In this document: in pieces, positions 36,269 through 50,000 of the stretch
How positions within the stretch are numbered: the first letter of the stretch is position 1
Layout of the letters: each line of letters begins with the position of its first letter
The notes under the pieces: generated by a model
What the model saw: only the letters and a program-made list of their open reading frames with translations
Told to the model about the DNA's origin: nothing
Database searches by the model: none
Translations under genes and position numbers: made by a program
Source: Lytechinus pictus
Lineage: Eukaryota
Direction of reading: 5' to 3'
Length of the DNA stretch: 64,000 nt
NCBI RefSeq assembly: GCF_037042905.1
Contig: NC_087252.1
Span: forward strand, 23,128,001-23,192,000

Positions 36269-39200
36269 TATCATTTTCGTTATCATTACTAATTTTATTA
36301 TAATTATTATCAGAAAGTCAAAAGAGGCCTAAGCTTTCGATCCTAGCAGAATGTTCATCGGAGGCAAAATGACAAACATATAAAGTAGAACAACCATAAT
36401 ATAGACCACGGACAAGCTGCAGCAACACTAGAAACAAGGAGACAAAAGGGGCATTAGTGAGTAGAGAAGACCAATCAGGTTAGTGAAGGGGATGAAAGAA
36501 AAGGAGTAGGCAGACACAAAGGGAAGTTAGTGTAAGTAAGGCCAAAGAAAGTCCTCAAGCCAAGAGGGATTAGGGTAATGAGGCAGGCAACATCAAACAG
36601 GATCTGGAACAAAACAGTGATAGAGGGTATGAGAAAGAGATGAATACCAATAATTATTATTGTGGAATTATGCAAAAATACATAAATGGATAGCACTTTT
36701 ACGAAGTGCATATTCACTGATTCTTTGAAAACAAACCAGGCACTAGTTTTTTTTTACTGGTGCTTGAAAACATTATCAGCAGTGTTTGTCAGATCAAGGC
36801 TGCCATACACAAAATACGGACAGCATTTCACAGGGAAAGTTCACCCTGAAGAAAAGTTTGTTGTTGATGGGTAAGCTTTGTGTTGCAGGCTCCAGGAGGA
36901 TGTTTCATAAAGCTGTTTGTATGAAAAGGCCGACTTTAAGAACGACTGGTGATCCTTTCTTTTGGTAAATGGTATACACCATTGGCGATGGTTTAGCATG
37001 TAAAAAAGGTTTAGCACGTAAGAAAGGTTGACCAGTCATTCTTAAAGTTGCTCTTAATTTACGAACAGCTGTATGAAACGGCCCCCCCAGGTCTTTGGTA
37101 AATCCGCACTTCAGAATACGGGTAAATGGTAGGAACGTAGTACTTACCTGTGTTGTTTACATTGGCACAAGCATCTTCATCAGAATAATCAGTGCAGTCA
37201 GGATACCCGTCACAGTAGTAACTAGCAGGGATACAATGGTCTCCGCAGGCATATTGACCAGCATCACACTCTAGGGAAATAGTAAATAATATAATACTTG
37301 TTTAATAAGGAGATTTTACTAAAATATTGACTGGTTGAACTTAAATAGGAAGATAGTATAAAAATATTGACTGCTTAAGATTTTTAAAAACAAGGAGGTA
37401 GCATTCATATATTGAGTGTTAAGAAAGGAGATATATTGACTGCTTATTTGCAGGTATACAATGGCTCATGCATTCATATTGACCATATCATGGCACTCCA
37501 GGTAGATAAAAATATGACACTTTTAATAAGGAGATAGTTTTCATACATTCACTGCATATTTGCAGGGATGCAACGGTTCACAGTAAAGCAAGTATATTGA
37601 ACTGCACTGACTCAATTACCATTTTCTAAAACAAGGGACCTTGATTTTTTTCACCAATTCTTTCTTAAAATATCATAAATATTCTTATCTTCCTTTAAAT
37701 AGTTTTAGATGTGGAATATAAAGCAAATAATCACCTCTTGATTTGAGGTAAAAAGACAAACTATCACTCCCTTGGCAAGCTGTACATGTATGCACATGCT
37801 ACCTTTCCAAAGTGAAGCTAAAGAAAGATAGCTACATCAATATTGTCTTGAAAGTAATAGCTTAACCACCACCTTCACAACCAAGGATTCTTGGCTTAAT
37901 AATGAACAAAATTTTATTGCATAAACATATGTTTTCCTTACTGCTAAAAAACAAGGTACTACCAAGTAAAATAATAACTTAAATCTTTAAACTGGTAATT
38001 ACTCAATAGATTTTTTAAACAAGCACACACCTAGTTATATCAATAATGCATATAGCATTTCCATTTATTTGAATGCAGGATAACAAAGCATTGTTGATCA
38101 AATGCCTTGCTCATGGGCATAAGTGCTGCAGATCGAACCCCCGACTTTCCAAATATAGCCAGGCGCCTTTAATAGACCTTTCTGCCATGGCACCTCAACC
38201 TGAATTGAATTTTTTATACTAATGCTGTCAATTGGATGAATAGATATTGATCAAAGGGGGTTTCAAAAGAACCTATTCCCTAAATTGGATAAAATTCCCA
38301 GACACTCAGGCTCGTATTCTGAAGTCGGGTTTAACTTAAACTCAGGTTTAAGTATGGACAGCCAATTGTTACATAAATCACTGAAGGTAGAGATCTAATA
38401 TTTCAGCTCATTTGGCTCTCAAATCATTCCTTATTGTGTAGGAAGTATAAATAAATGATTGTCTTCACCATCGCTGAATCAGGAAAGAGCGCAGTAAACA
38501 TAAGAAAAGTACAACTTAATAAAAAATTATGACACTTTTGGCTTCCCATAATTTTAGCAGAGTTAGACCATGGTCTATTTAAGTTAAACCTGACTTCAGA
38601 ATACGGGCATTAGAATCTAAGAGGTAATACTTGCCACAGCCATGCTCGTCCTCGTTAAAAAAGCAATCCGACCGACCATTGCATCTCCATGTATCATGCA
38701 CACAGTAAGCAGAGGAAAAGAAATGGCATACGACCGTATTCCCTTCTACATCACAACCATCTACACAATAAAAAAGAAGAAGCAAAATTAAGAAATGAAA
38801 ATTTAGAATAATGTCGAATTAAATTCGTAAACATTATAATCGCAAGAGAAAAAAAAATCTTAGGGTTTAGAAAATCTACTCCTTCTCGGGTCACCACACA
38901 CGTCGTGTCCAGTGGAGGGTACAAGATCTGACTTTGAGGTTAAAAGACTCCAGATCTTCGGTTTGGCAGTCTGGTAGGAGGGGGCAGACCAAAAGGTGTA
39001 GCATCTTCTGATCCTCCCCACACTCGCAGGCAGTATCTCCATCTACATGTATGTTGTAGGTTTCAGAAAATAGCATACTTTATATATGGAATCAGAAGCA
39101 GGATATGTGAGAGGTCAGCATAATGATAATAATAATCATAATAAAATATTCATATTTTATTATTGGAAAATAGAAACTATCTGAAAATTAATTATACCAA

Positions 39201-42200
39201 CAAATTTGCAATAATAGTTTAAAGCTACTGAAAATCATTTGCTCTGATTGGCTGACAGTAAGCTTGTTGTAGAAACTGTGCCTTTGTTTCTACTTGTATA
39301 TCAAGTCTGGATGAGAAACGAGATTCAGACGTTCTAGTACAAGCCTATTTTCTCCCATCATGCCTTAGCACTGTGCTTCTCAACCTTTTTTACTCGAGGG
39401 CCACTTTAACTCTCAGATTTTTTCGAGGCCCACCTACGAAAATTTTAAGAAAATGTCAATTTTGAGGCAAAAATGTTTTGTGAAATTTGAACACAAAGCT
39501 CTGAAGCACATTCGAAACAAACAGTTTTAAAACTAATCTGCATTTGCAAATGTCCGGTAAATGGGCGACAATTAACTACATACACAATATTCATGCACAT
39601 GAGGTTCACATTAAAGGAGAATGAAACCCTTGAAACCAGCTGAATCCATATCAAAGAGAAAAATCAAAGAAACATATTGTTGAAAGTTTGAGGAAGATTG
39701 AAAGAATAATAAGAAAGTTATGAGCATTTGAATATTGAGATCACTAGTGCCATGTAGATCCTCCCATTGGCAATGCGACCAAGATCTGTGATGTCACACA
39801 CGTACAACTCTCTCATTACTTTAGTACTTATTTCACTAATATTCTCACTTTTATAGAGTCTATCACAAGGTGAGGTGTTCTCTTTATGAGAGGACAAGTA
39901 CAGAGGTTTCACAACATTATATCATTGATGAATCGTTTGTCATATGATTAGAATGAGCAAAAAGATATGTTTTGGGGTATATTTTCAGTGTCCAAAAGGG
40001 GAGAGCCGGAGAGTTTTTCATCTGTGACATCATAGATCTTGGTCGCATCGCCAGAGAGAGGATCTCCTTAGCATTAGTGATCTCGACATTCAAATGCTCA
40101 TAACTCTTCTATTGCTAGTCCTATTTTACTCAAACTTTTGTTGATCTTATTCTTTGATTTTTCTGCTTTCACAAAAGCTAACTTGCTCCAAGAGTTTAAT
40201 TCTCCTTTAAAGTTAGATCGAAACCATATAGTGTGCATGATACCTAAGCGTGCTTTAGTTTTGTTTGACCCACGTAGACTGATCATACATACCATGTTCA
40301 AACAGGTCTGTGAAAAGTCTATAGTTTAATTTTCTCCTATTTTTTTCTCCTTCTTGAGCTTCTCGCGGCCCACCTGAGAGAGCTTCACGACCCACCAGAG
40401 GGCCGCAGCCAACCGTTTGAGAAGCACTGCCTTATTAGCATATTAACTGTCTATGTATCCTGTCTCCATATTGCAAATTAACCTTTTGTCTAATTAATGT
40501 TTTGTAGCAATCACACATGGAATATAATTAGAGAAAATGCAAGTAAAATATTGACACCATTTCTCTTGGGGTTGTTTGTGAATAAACTTAACTTCATCAT
40601 TATACACTTTAAACTGGCTAAGCAATGAGAACTCTAAAAATCACTGTTTAAAAAGCAAACTGACATTTTCCCCTAAAACACTGATTTCATTAAGCATTTC
40701 AACTCAAGTTATTTAACAACATGAAGATGCCAATTTGAAAAGAAGAGTAGATGAATACTGACAAACCATCATTTTGGAGTCTTTGACTACAAGACTTTGA
40801 CTTGTCTTTTGTTCAAAGTCTCGCTTCAAGTTTCATCAAATTTTTCATATTAAGTTTTCGCTGATATTGGGATTTGAACCCTCAACCTTGCCATTGTATG
40901 CACAAGGATTATCCCATTTTGCCAAGATAATAAATTTCTCTATTCAGTGCTGATTACCTTTAAAGGAGAATGAAACCCTTGAAACCAGCTGAATCCATAT
41001 CAAAGAGAAAAATCAAAGAAACATATTGTTGAAAGTTTGAGGAAGATTGAATGAATAATAAGAAAGTTATGAGCATTTAAATATTGAGATCACTAGTGCC
41101 ATGTAGATCCTCCCATCAGCAATGCGACCAAGATCTGTGATATCACACACGTACAACTCCCTCATTACTCTAGTACTTATTTCACTTATATTCTCACTTT
41201 TATAGAGTCTATCACAAGGTGAGGTGTTCTCTTTATGAGATGACAAGTACAGAGGTTTCACAACATTATACCATTGATGAATCGTTTGTCATATGATTAG
41301 AATAAGCAAAAAGAGATGTTTTGGGGTATATTTTCAGTGTCCAAATGGGAGAGTTGTACGTGTGTGACATCACAGATCTTGGTCGCATTGCCAATGGGAG
41401 GATCTCCATAGCATTAGTGATCTCGACATTCAAATGCTCATAACTCTTTTATTGCTAGTCCTATTTTACTCAAAGTTTTGTTGATCTTATTCTTTGATTT
41501 TTCTGCTTTCACAAAAGCTTACTTGCTCCAAGAGTTTCATTCTCCTTTAACCCTATAAACAAGAATGGGGGGGGGGGGGGGGGTTGATCCAACCCCCTAA
41601 CATTTTTCGCGATAAATCTGTTGCTCAAATTTTTCTACCATGCCACTTGCTGACTTTTTTCTCATTAAAATCAATTAGTTTCATCTTGTAAAGAAAAAAA
41701 GTCGAAGAACAATAAAAGAAATTAAGAAAATAATTTTAAAAAATAAGAAAATATTTGTGATATTGATTTCTTTTAAAGTACATATGATCCAAATCTAAAA
41801 AGAGTCTGTGAATAAAAAAAAAATTAGGGGCCCTATTCGCTTAATTAGAGCAAATTCTAGATTTTTACGCATATTAAATTAGCAAAAAGTTTTGAAGATT
41901 ATGCTATGGGTTAACAAGCATGCCAATTTTTGTCATGATCGCGCGATCGATGGCCGAGATTACTATTTCAGTTTCAATTTCAGTATAGTCCTTCCACTAT
42001 TTTTAAACTCTCAAAGTTATGATGGTAATTCAACAGATACCCCCTTTCGGCCAAAGTTCATTGACCTTGGTCATGTGACCTGAAATGCGCACAGGATGTT
42101 CAGTGATACTTGATTACTCTTATGTCCAATTTTAATGAACTAGACCCATATACTTTCAAAGTTATGATGGTAATTCAACAAATACCCCCAATTTGGCCAA

Positions 42201-45200
42201 AGTTTATTGACCCTAAATGACCTTTGACCTTAATCATGTGACCTGAAACTTGCACAGGATGTTCAGTGATACTTGATTACTATTATGTCCAAGTTTCATG
42301 AATCAGATCCATAAACTTTCAAAGTTATGATGGTAATTCAACAGATACCCCCAATTCGGCCAAAGTTCATTGACCCTAAATGACCTGTGACCTTGGTCAT
42401 GTGACATGAATCTCAGGCAGGATGTTCAGTAATACTTGATTAACCTTATGGCCAAGTTTCATGAACTAGGTCCATATACTTTCTAAGTTATGCTGTCATT
42501 TCAAAAACTTAACCTTCGGTTAAGATTTGGTGTTGACGCCGTCGCCGCCGTTGGAAAAGCGGCGCCTATAGTCTCACACTGCTATGCAGGTGAGACAAAA
42601 AAAAAACTGAAGAAAAAGTCTAAGGAAAAAAAACTGGGGAGCAGGGGCTAAATAATGACATCATCTTACATGGGTCGAAATTCCCACAATCTTGGTCTTC
42701 ATCCTCTCCTCCCAAGCAATCATTTCTTCCGTTACAAAGGTCAAAGGGCTCGATGCAATTCCCATCATCACATTGGAATTCATCGCTAGGGCAAGTTGGA
42801 TGCACGTAATCTGTCGGTGAAATAAGATTAAAAAACATGTTACTGAACATGTGACATAGATGGTACATAGAATCCAATGGCTACCGTCCGATAAAGGCTC
42901 GCAATCTATTTCAAAATCTTTACCTACGTTTTTAAGTGTATATGCGAATGCTCCTGCTTGCCTTGGCAATTTCATTTGGAAATATTCGCTCTGTCTCAAT
43001 CTTTATTGCCAAATCAATGAAGCAGGAAAAAATTCCACAAGGGCACAGGCCGTTTTGCCGTTGAAATGCTCAACAGAGCCCTGGGGTCCGTCTTACAAAG
43101 AGTTGCGATTGATCCGATCAATCGCAACTATGGAAAGCCAGCAAAGTCAACATATAAAATGCATGTTTGTTCAAAAGATTTTCTAGTTGTGAATGTATAA
43201 CCATAAATTCATTGATTTCTTGACAATTTGGTGTGTTCTCCTTTGTTTACGAAGGACATTTTGCAAATTTCCTATAGAAAAAATTATGACCCTGATGGAT
43301 TACCATAGAGTTACGATTGATTGGATCAATCGTAACTCTTTGTAAGATGGGGCCCTGGATAGTCCTCATTCCGTCATGGTAAAGCTGATTTAGGTGGGAG
43401 ATTGTAAAAAGTACCCCCCCCCAAATGACTATAATTTTTTGCCAGCTGTGAATCAAGTGTAAGTCCAAGACATCTGCTGATGGCTTTTATTTTTAAATGA
43501 AAAAATGGCTCCGTACTGAGGAACAACCTTCCCCGTAGTATCAATCAAATAACAGAATTTGACAATAATAATATATATAATAATATTCCGCAATTATATA
43601 GCGCTTAATACATCGGAACGACGTCTCTAAGCGCTTTACAGACATATTATTACCCCGGTCATCGGATCCTTGCATGCCCGCATACAATGTATGCACCTTC
43701 TCCACTCCCTGGGGAGCATTCCAACAAGAGTTCCAAGACTCAATTGCTAGGCATACTACATATAGGCTTTCACATCCTACCGGGTACCCATTTAACACCT
43801 GGGTGGAGAGTGGCAAAGTGTGGATTAACGCCTTGCCAAAGGACGCTAGGCCATGGTGGGATTCGAACACACGACCCTCTGATTACAAGGCGAGAGTCAG
43901 AACCGCTACACCACGACGCTTCCACATAACATAACATAAAATTCATTTAAATGCAAGCTATCAATTACGAATTCATATATCAAATCACATAAAGATTATT
44001 GTATGATATGCAAATAATGAATGTTCATGAGTGCAATGGACAGAATACTTCATGAGGTGAAAGATGAAATGATCCAGCCGAGTTGAATGGATCATTCATT
44101 TCATCTTTCACCGAATGAAGTATTAAGTCCATTGCACGAATGGAGAGAACATTCATTATTTGGTTTATATATGACACCTAAAAATGGATTCTTTTTCATA
44201 TGAAATTTATGAATTTCGATGCAAAATATGGTCATGCAGTGGGAGCTCGGTCTGCAGATTATTGCATACATACGACATGCAAGCTTCAAACACGAGTGGT
44301 TGTGTGGTGCCCGCTGCGCCGTCTTGGCACACGCGTGCAATGGACAAAATCGTAAGGATCCAGAATTGAACGATGAATGGATCCAAAATTGCACGGTTGA
44401 TGACGTCATTGTAAAATGGGCAGAATGATCGATATCAAGCAACCAATCAAATGACAAGGATCTGTCAAGGTGTCATATAATTATTGTTATCCCACCGCTG
44501 CCACCATGAATCAATATTGTGTATATGGCTATGGTGAAGGCTGACAGATGAGACTGGAGATACTTGTTATAGAGCGTATGTACATGGTGACTTTAATCAC
44601 GTAGGTCAAGCGGCCATGGTTGCAAGTTGTAAGTGTGTAGATATATCAGATATCGATATCGTATATCGCAACAATTATATGCGTTTCTGAAAAATATGCA
44701 CATAACAACTAGAGGGGAAAAATAGAATTTGCCAGACCAACCTTGGATAAAGAATTTCCCCTACACTTTCTAAAAGCCTGAAATATATCTCGTATAATTT
44801 TGACTCATGTTATATCCATACTATATTAACAAAATATATAGAAATGAATAAAGAATTAATGAATGTTGCCAATTTAATGAGCAAAATAAGTTAATAATTT
44901 TTGACCTCACGAAAGGTTGTGTGCACTCACTGTTTGGATCAATGGCTGAAGCATGGATCAGGAGCCCTTCTCCATGTGCGTGCGGTCCACAGTGGAATTC
45001 AAGCCAAGCCTCGTTGCTTTGGACGACGTACTGTCTCGGCTCGTGGTTGTGCTGGAATTCAGCGACGATCGTGTCATGGTCGCTGTGGTCGAGGCCTGTT
45101 CCAATCGAAAGGAACGATTGCAATACAAGCTGGATGGAGTAGAACTGGAAACGCACCCAATATCCGTCCGGAACAGTGACTTCCCAGCCGATGTAGCACT

Positions 45201-47019
45201 GCGGTTCGTAGCGGTCCGGATAGCCTGGGGAAGTGAAGTTTGCAGTCTCTCCCAAACCAATGGTGATGCTTTCTGTGAATATATTAAAAAGCAGAGTCAA
45301 TTAACCAATGAAATCTATCATACCCTCATAGTATTCTAATTTCATAGGAAAATTAATTTTGAACAAATTGTTCATTGCAATTTGCTCTAGATGAATGAGG
45401 GGACAGTGGCTCGGTCTCCATAAAAGTCTAAGTTACAAACACTGCAGTGAGAATATCACCCTGCATGCCAAAATTTTACAATTCACAAAAGTTTTGATAC
45501 TACTGGAATTATTGCCAAATTTTAAGTCGTCAAAGTTTAATTAAGTCACAGCTTCATTTCTTATGCTTGGGCTGTACACATGTAGATGCCACAAATGTGC
45601 ACATAGCCATATTAGACCGTAATCTCACTGTTTATGCTGATCAAGTAATTAATCTATTATAGCCGAGAGGGAAGAGGGGCTTAGGACCTAAGACTTGTCA
45701 GTGATACTTGATTACTCCTAGGTCCACATTTCATACTATATTCATAAACTATATCCATACTGTATCCATAAACTTTGAAAGTTATGACAGCAATTTAATA
45801 ATTACCTCCAACATGGCAAAAGTTCATTGACCTTAAATGACCTTTGACCTTGGTCATGTGACCTGAACTCACACAGGATGTTCAGTGATACTTGATTACT
45901 CTGTCCAAGTTTTATGAACTACAACAATACACTTTCAAAGTTGTGATGGTAATTCAACAAAACCCCCCAACTTGGCCAAAGTTCATTGACCATAAATGAC
46001 TTTTGACCTTAGTCATGTGACCTGAAACTCACACAGGATGTTTAGTGATACTTGATTACTTTTATGTCCAAGTTATATGAATCAGATCCATAAATTTTCA
46101 AAGTTATGATGGTAATTCAACAAATACCCCCAACTTGGTCAAAGTTTATTGACCCTAAATGACCTTTGACCTTAATCATGTGACTTGAAACTCGGGCAGG
46201 ATATTTAGTAATACTTGATTAACCTTATGGTCAAGTTTCATGAACTAGGTCCATATACCTTTGAAGTTATGACAAAATTTCAAAAACTTAACCTTAGGTT
46301 AAGATTTTGATTCCCCCAACATGGTCTAAGTTCATTGACCCTAAATGACCTTTGACCTTAGTCAAGTGACCTGAAACTCGGGCAGGATGTTCAATAATAC
46401 TTTATATATCTTATATTAAAGTTTCATGAACTAGGTCCATATACTTTCTAAGTTATGCTGTCGTTTAAAAAACTGGATTGATGTTGACGCTGCCGTCGGA
46501 AATGTGGCGCCTATTGTCTCTCTCTCTGCTATGCAGGTGAGACAAAAACCTAATTTTTGTCTTTGGTGTGGCATATAGGTATCATGTTATAATTCGAGTG
46601 CCCCCCCCACCAGCAAAGGTCTTGGATACCGGAGACTGGGGTTTGATTCCCACTTGGTGCGCTAGAGCTCTTTGGCAAGGCACTTATCCTCATTACCAGG
46701 TCCCTAGGAGAGGATCTTTCATTCTCTGGTTGCTTGCTTGTTTAGAAGCATTCATGCTTTCATAGAAATCAGATGGGTGTTTCACATAGTTAAGAGCGGC
46801 TTTAAGAGGTGGCGCGATATCTCAGTCGGTAGAGCGGGGGTTTCATAGTCCAGTGACTGGGATTCGATTCCCAAATGGTGCGCAAGTGCCCTTTGGTAAG
46901 GCATTTAAATCCTCACTACCTGGTCCCTCGGAGAGGACCTTAAGCCGTAGGTCCAATGATTGCTTGCTTACAAGCATTGATGCTTTCTTAGCAATCACGT
47001 GAAAAAAAAATAACCACCA

Positions 47020-47057
<38 letters not shown>

Positions 47058-50000
47058 AAGAACAACTGGTGATCCTTTCTTGTGGGAAATGGTAAACACC
47101 AAAACATTCATTGATGATCATTTAGCGCGTAAGAAAAGTTCACCAGTCATTCTTAAAGTTGCTCTTAACTTACAAACAACTTTATGACATGTCCCCCCAG
47201 GTCAAAAATCACCACCATGACCTACCAATAGTTCCTACAGTACCGCATTCCATTTCATCACCGTTATCAAAGCAGTCGTTGAATCCATCACAACGCCAGT
47301 AATTTGGTATGCAGGCTTCGTTAGAACACCTAAAGAAGTTAACTCCGCAATCTCCAGAAATAGCTGTAAAAAAATGACCAAAAAATCAACACAATCTTGC
47401 GTCTACAGGGCCCAATTCATAGAGCTTGTTAGAATCACAAGCTCGCAATAATTCTTAAAAGCTACTGAAATCCTTCAACACTATTGGCTGGTAGAAAATT
47501 TGTTAAAGAAATCGTCCTTTTTTATTAGTTTTCCCCTCATATTCTCACGTATCATGCAGTCTCCAATTTGCAATTTCAATATTGCCTTGCTTGCTTGTTT
47601 TTTCGATCAAAGTAGTACTAATTTATCATTAATGATTTATTCCTTCTTGTCGAATGATATCATATTTTGTGAGATATATGACAAATAAACCAAACTGGAA
47701 CCGAAAGATTCTTACGACAATCGATCTCGTCTTCGCCATATTCACAGTCTGCTACATGGTTGCATTCCTCTGTAAAAAAGATGCACTGTGAGCTGTTGTA
47801 ACATTCAAAGAAAAATGAAGAGCCGCCACAGCCAGTAAAAGCTGCAAGAGATTGAAAAAAAAGGGGGGGGGAAGATATGACAATTATTACTAAGTGATGT
47901 TAGATTTAGACTGATAAAAACATTATTTTGGGGCCTATGATAACAAACTTTGCTTTCAACTCACATGTAGGCCCCTCCATTCTTCACTGGTATAATTGTG
48001 TACAATTGCTTTGTCATAGGAACCATTTATTTCATATCATTATGCCTTATAATTGTGTCAACCATTACGATGCTTGTGAATTATGGATATAAACTGAAAC
48101 TGAACCCGAAAAGGGATACAAGTGCAATTCAGGGGCCGGCATCATCAGCGGTTTTATATAAGCTTATGAAATATCATAATGATAACTTTGGCAATAAGGT
48201 AACAATGTGTACCGTATCAGTTCCCAGCAGCCAATCAACATCTAGGTTTTCATGGCGATATGGTAAAGGTAATTGAGAGTCTTTATGTAACAGCGAAATA
48301 TTTTCACGATTAGGACTTATTGCACAAAGCGACAAATGGGAGGGGCCTGGTTGGAATTACAAGCCAGCGAGTTCACTGCTGTAACATCATCCCTAATTTT
48401 CCTTACATGATTTGTCTTCCCAAGCAAAAATAGGGTTCCCAGCTTTTCAAGAATTCCCTGATTTTGCAAGGATGAAGTTTAAAAATTCCCTGATAATTAT
48501 TTAAACCCATTCCCAGTTTCGCATGTTTTCTACATATAAGTTATTGCAGTGAATTACATGTACATGTATTTTCAGTATAAAAACAATAATGTAAAACTAA
48601 TTAGTACCACCATAACAAGTCATTCAATGGATGTTGTTTTGATATGCAACAAAATATAACAGAGTCTGACTGACTACCATGCTGTAGACTATTGGGCTGA
48701 TCAAAATTCCCTGATTTTCCCCTCATTTGAGGCATTTTCCCTGATTTGAGTTATTTTTTATCAAATTCCCTGATTTTTCCCTGACTGGTAAAAAGTATAA
48801 AAAAAATTTTCCCTCATGGGCTGGGAACCCTGAAAAATATCTTCCTTGGCCCCCGTCTTACAAAGAGTTGCGATTGATCAGATAAACCTCAGCTATGGAC
48901 ATTTTTTATAGATAAGATTTGTGTTCATACACTCATCATTTTCATGAAAATTCAGTGTGCTTCTCTTAGTTTGCAAATGCAGGCATGAAAATTGGGTATG
49001 AAAAAAAAAGCTGAAAGGATTTTGGAAATGTCGTTGACAAGACGGTGTGCGAAGCCCACCGGGCAAGCGGCTTGCCGCTCGCTGCTAACGGGTGGGGTCC
49101 AGGGGCAACGCCCCGGTTGGGGTCCAGGGGGCAACGCCCCCTAAAGCTCCTGGGTTTTATCAATTTTACAACTCCAAAAACCTGTTTGAGTTGAATGATT
49201 GTAATGAAGTATTTATATGGATTTTTCGTCCAAAATTCAATAAAAAAAAACTAAAAAATAGCAATAGCACTTCCCTGGTTTATCAAGTTTCCTGATCACT
49301 TCAAGCAGGTTGTACGAAGAATTGTCGGGTCCTCTCACCTCCACCTCTAACCAACTCCATCGCCACATATTAGCAAGTCCACGGTCAATTTCATGAACAT
49401 CTTTTGAAAGTCTATCCACAACATCTGTGCGGTCACAAGTTAGTCCCCCACAAAATGCCATTTTTCTTGATTCTTGATTTCCAGCAAATTAATATTCGCG
49501 AATTATAAATGCGTCATGAAAATTCCATGTCACGTCACAAATCTCTGCGAGCACATTCAGCTTCTTTAACGGTCTTCCACCGGTCCGATATGATATGCGC
49601 GCCCGGTCGCTCCATGCCCAGCGCGCCGGGTTGCCCCCAGCGATTGCAAGCACACCACCGCTGCAATGCATGCACAGAAACGTAAAACACACCGCGAAAT
49701 ACACGTGTAGAGTTGAGATGTGCTAGATAAGAGATTCCTGCGCAATCGTTGTAAAGGCCGAACGTCATATAACACGTAAGATATGCTAAAACATTTTAGC
49801 GCTAAAAATCGGAAATTAAAACGCGGATTTTAGGAGTAAAAAAAATGGAAATTCAGCAAACAAAAAACGCGGAAATCCGCGGAGAATTTTCATGCCTGCA
49901 AATGACATCATACAAATTTCCAGGAAAAAAAATGATGACATTGATGGATTTCCATATAGTTGAGACTGATCAGATCACTCACAACTCTTTGTATGGCGAG

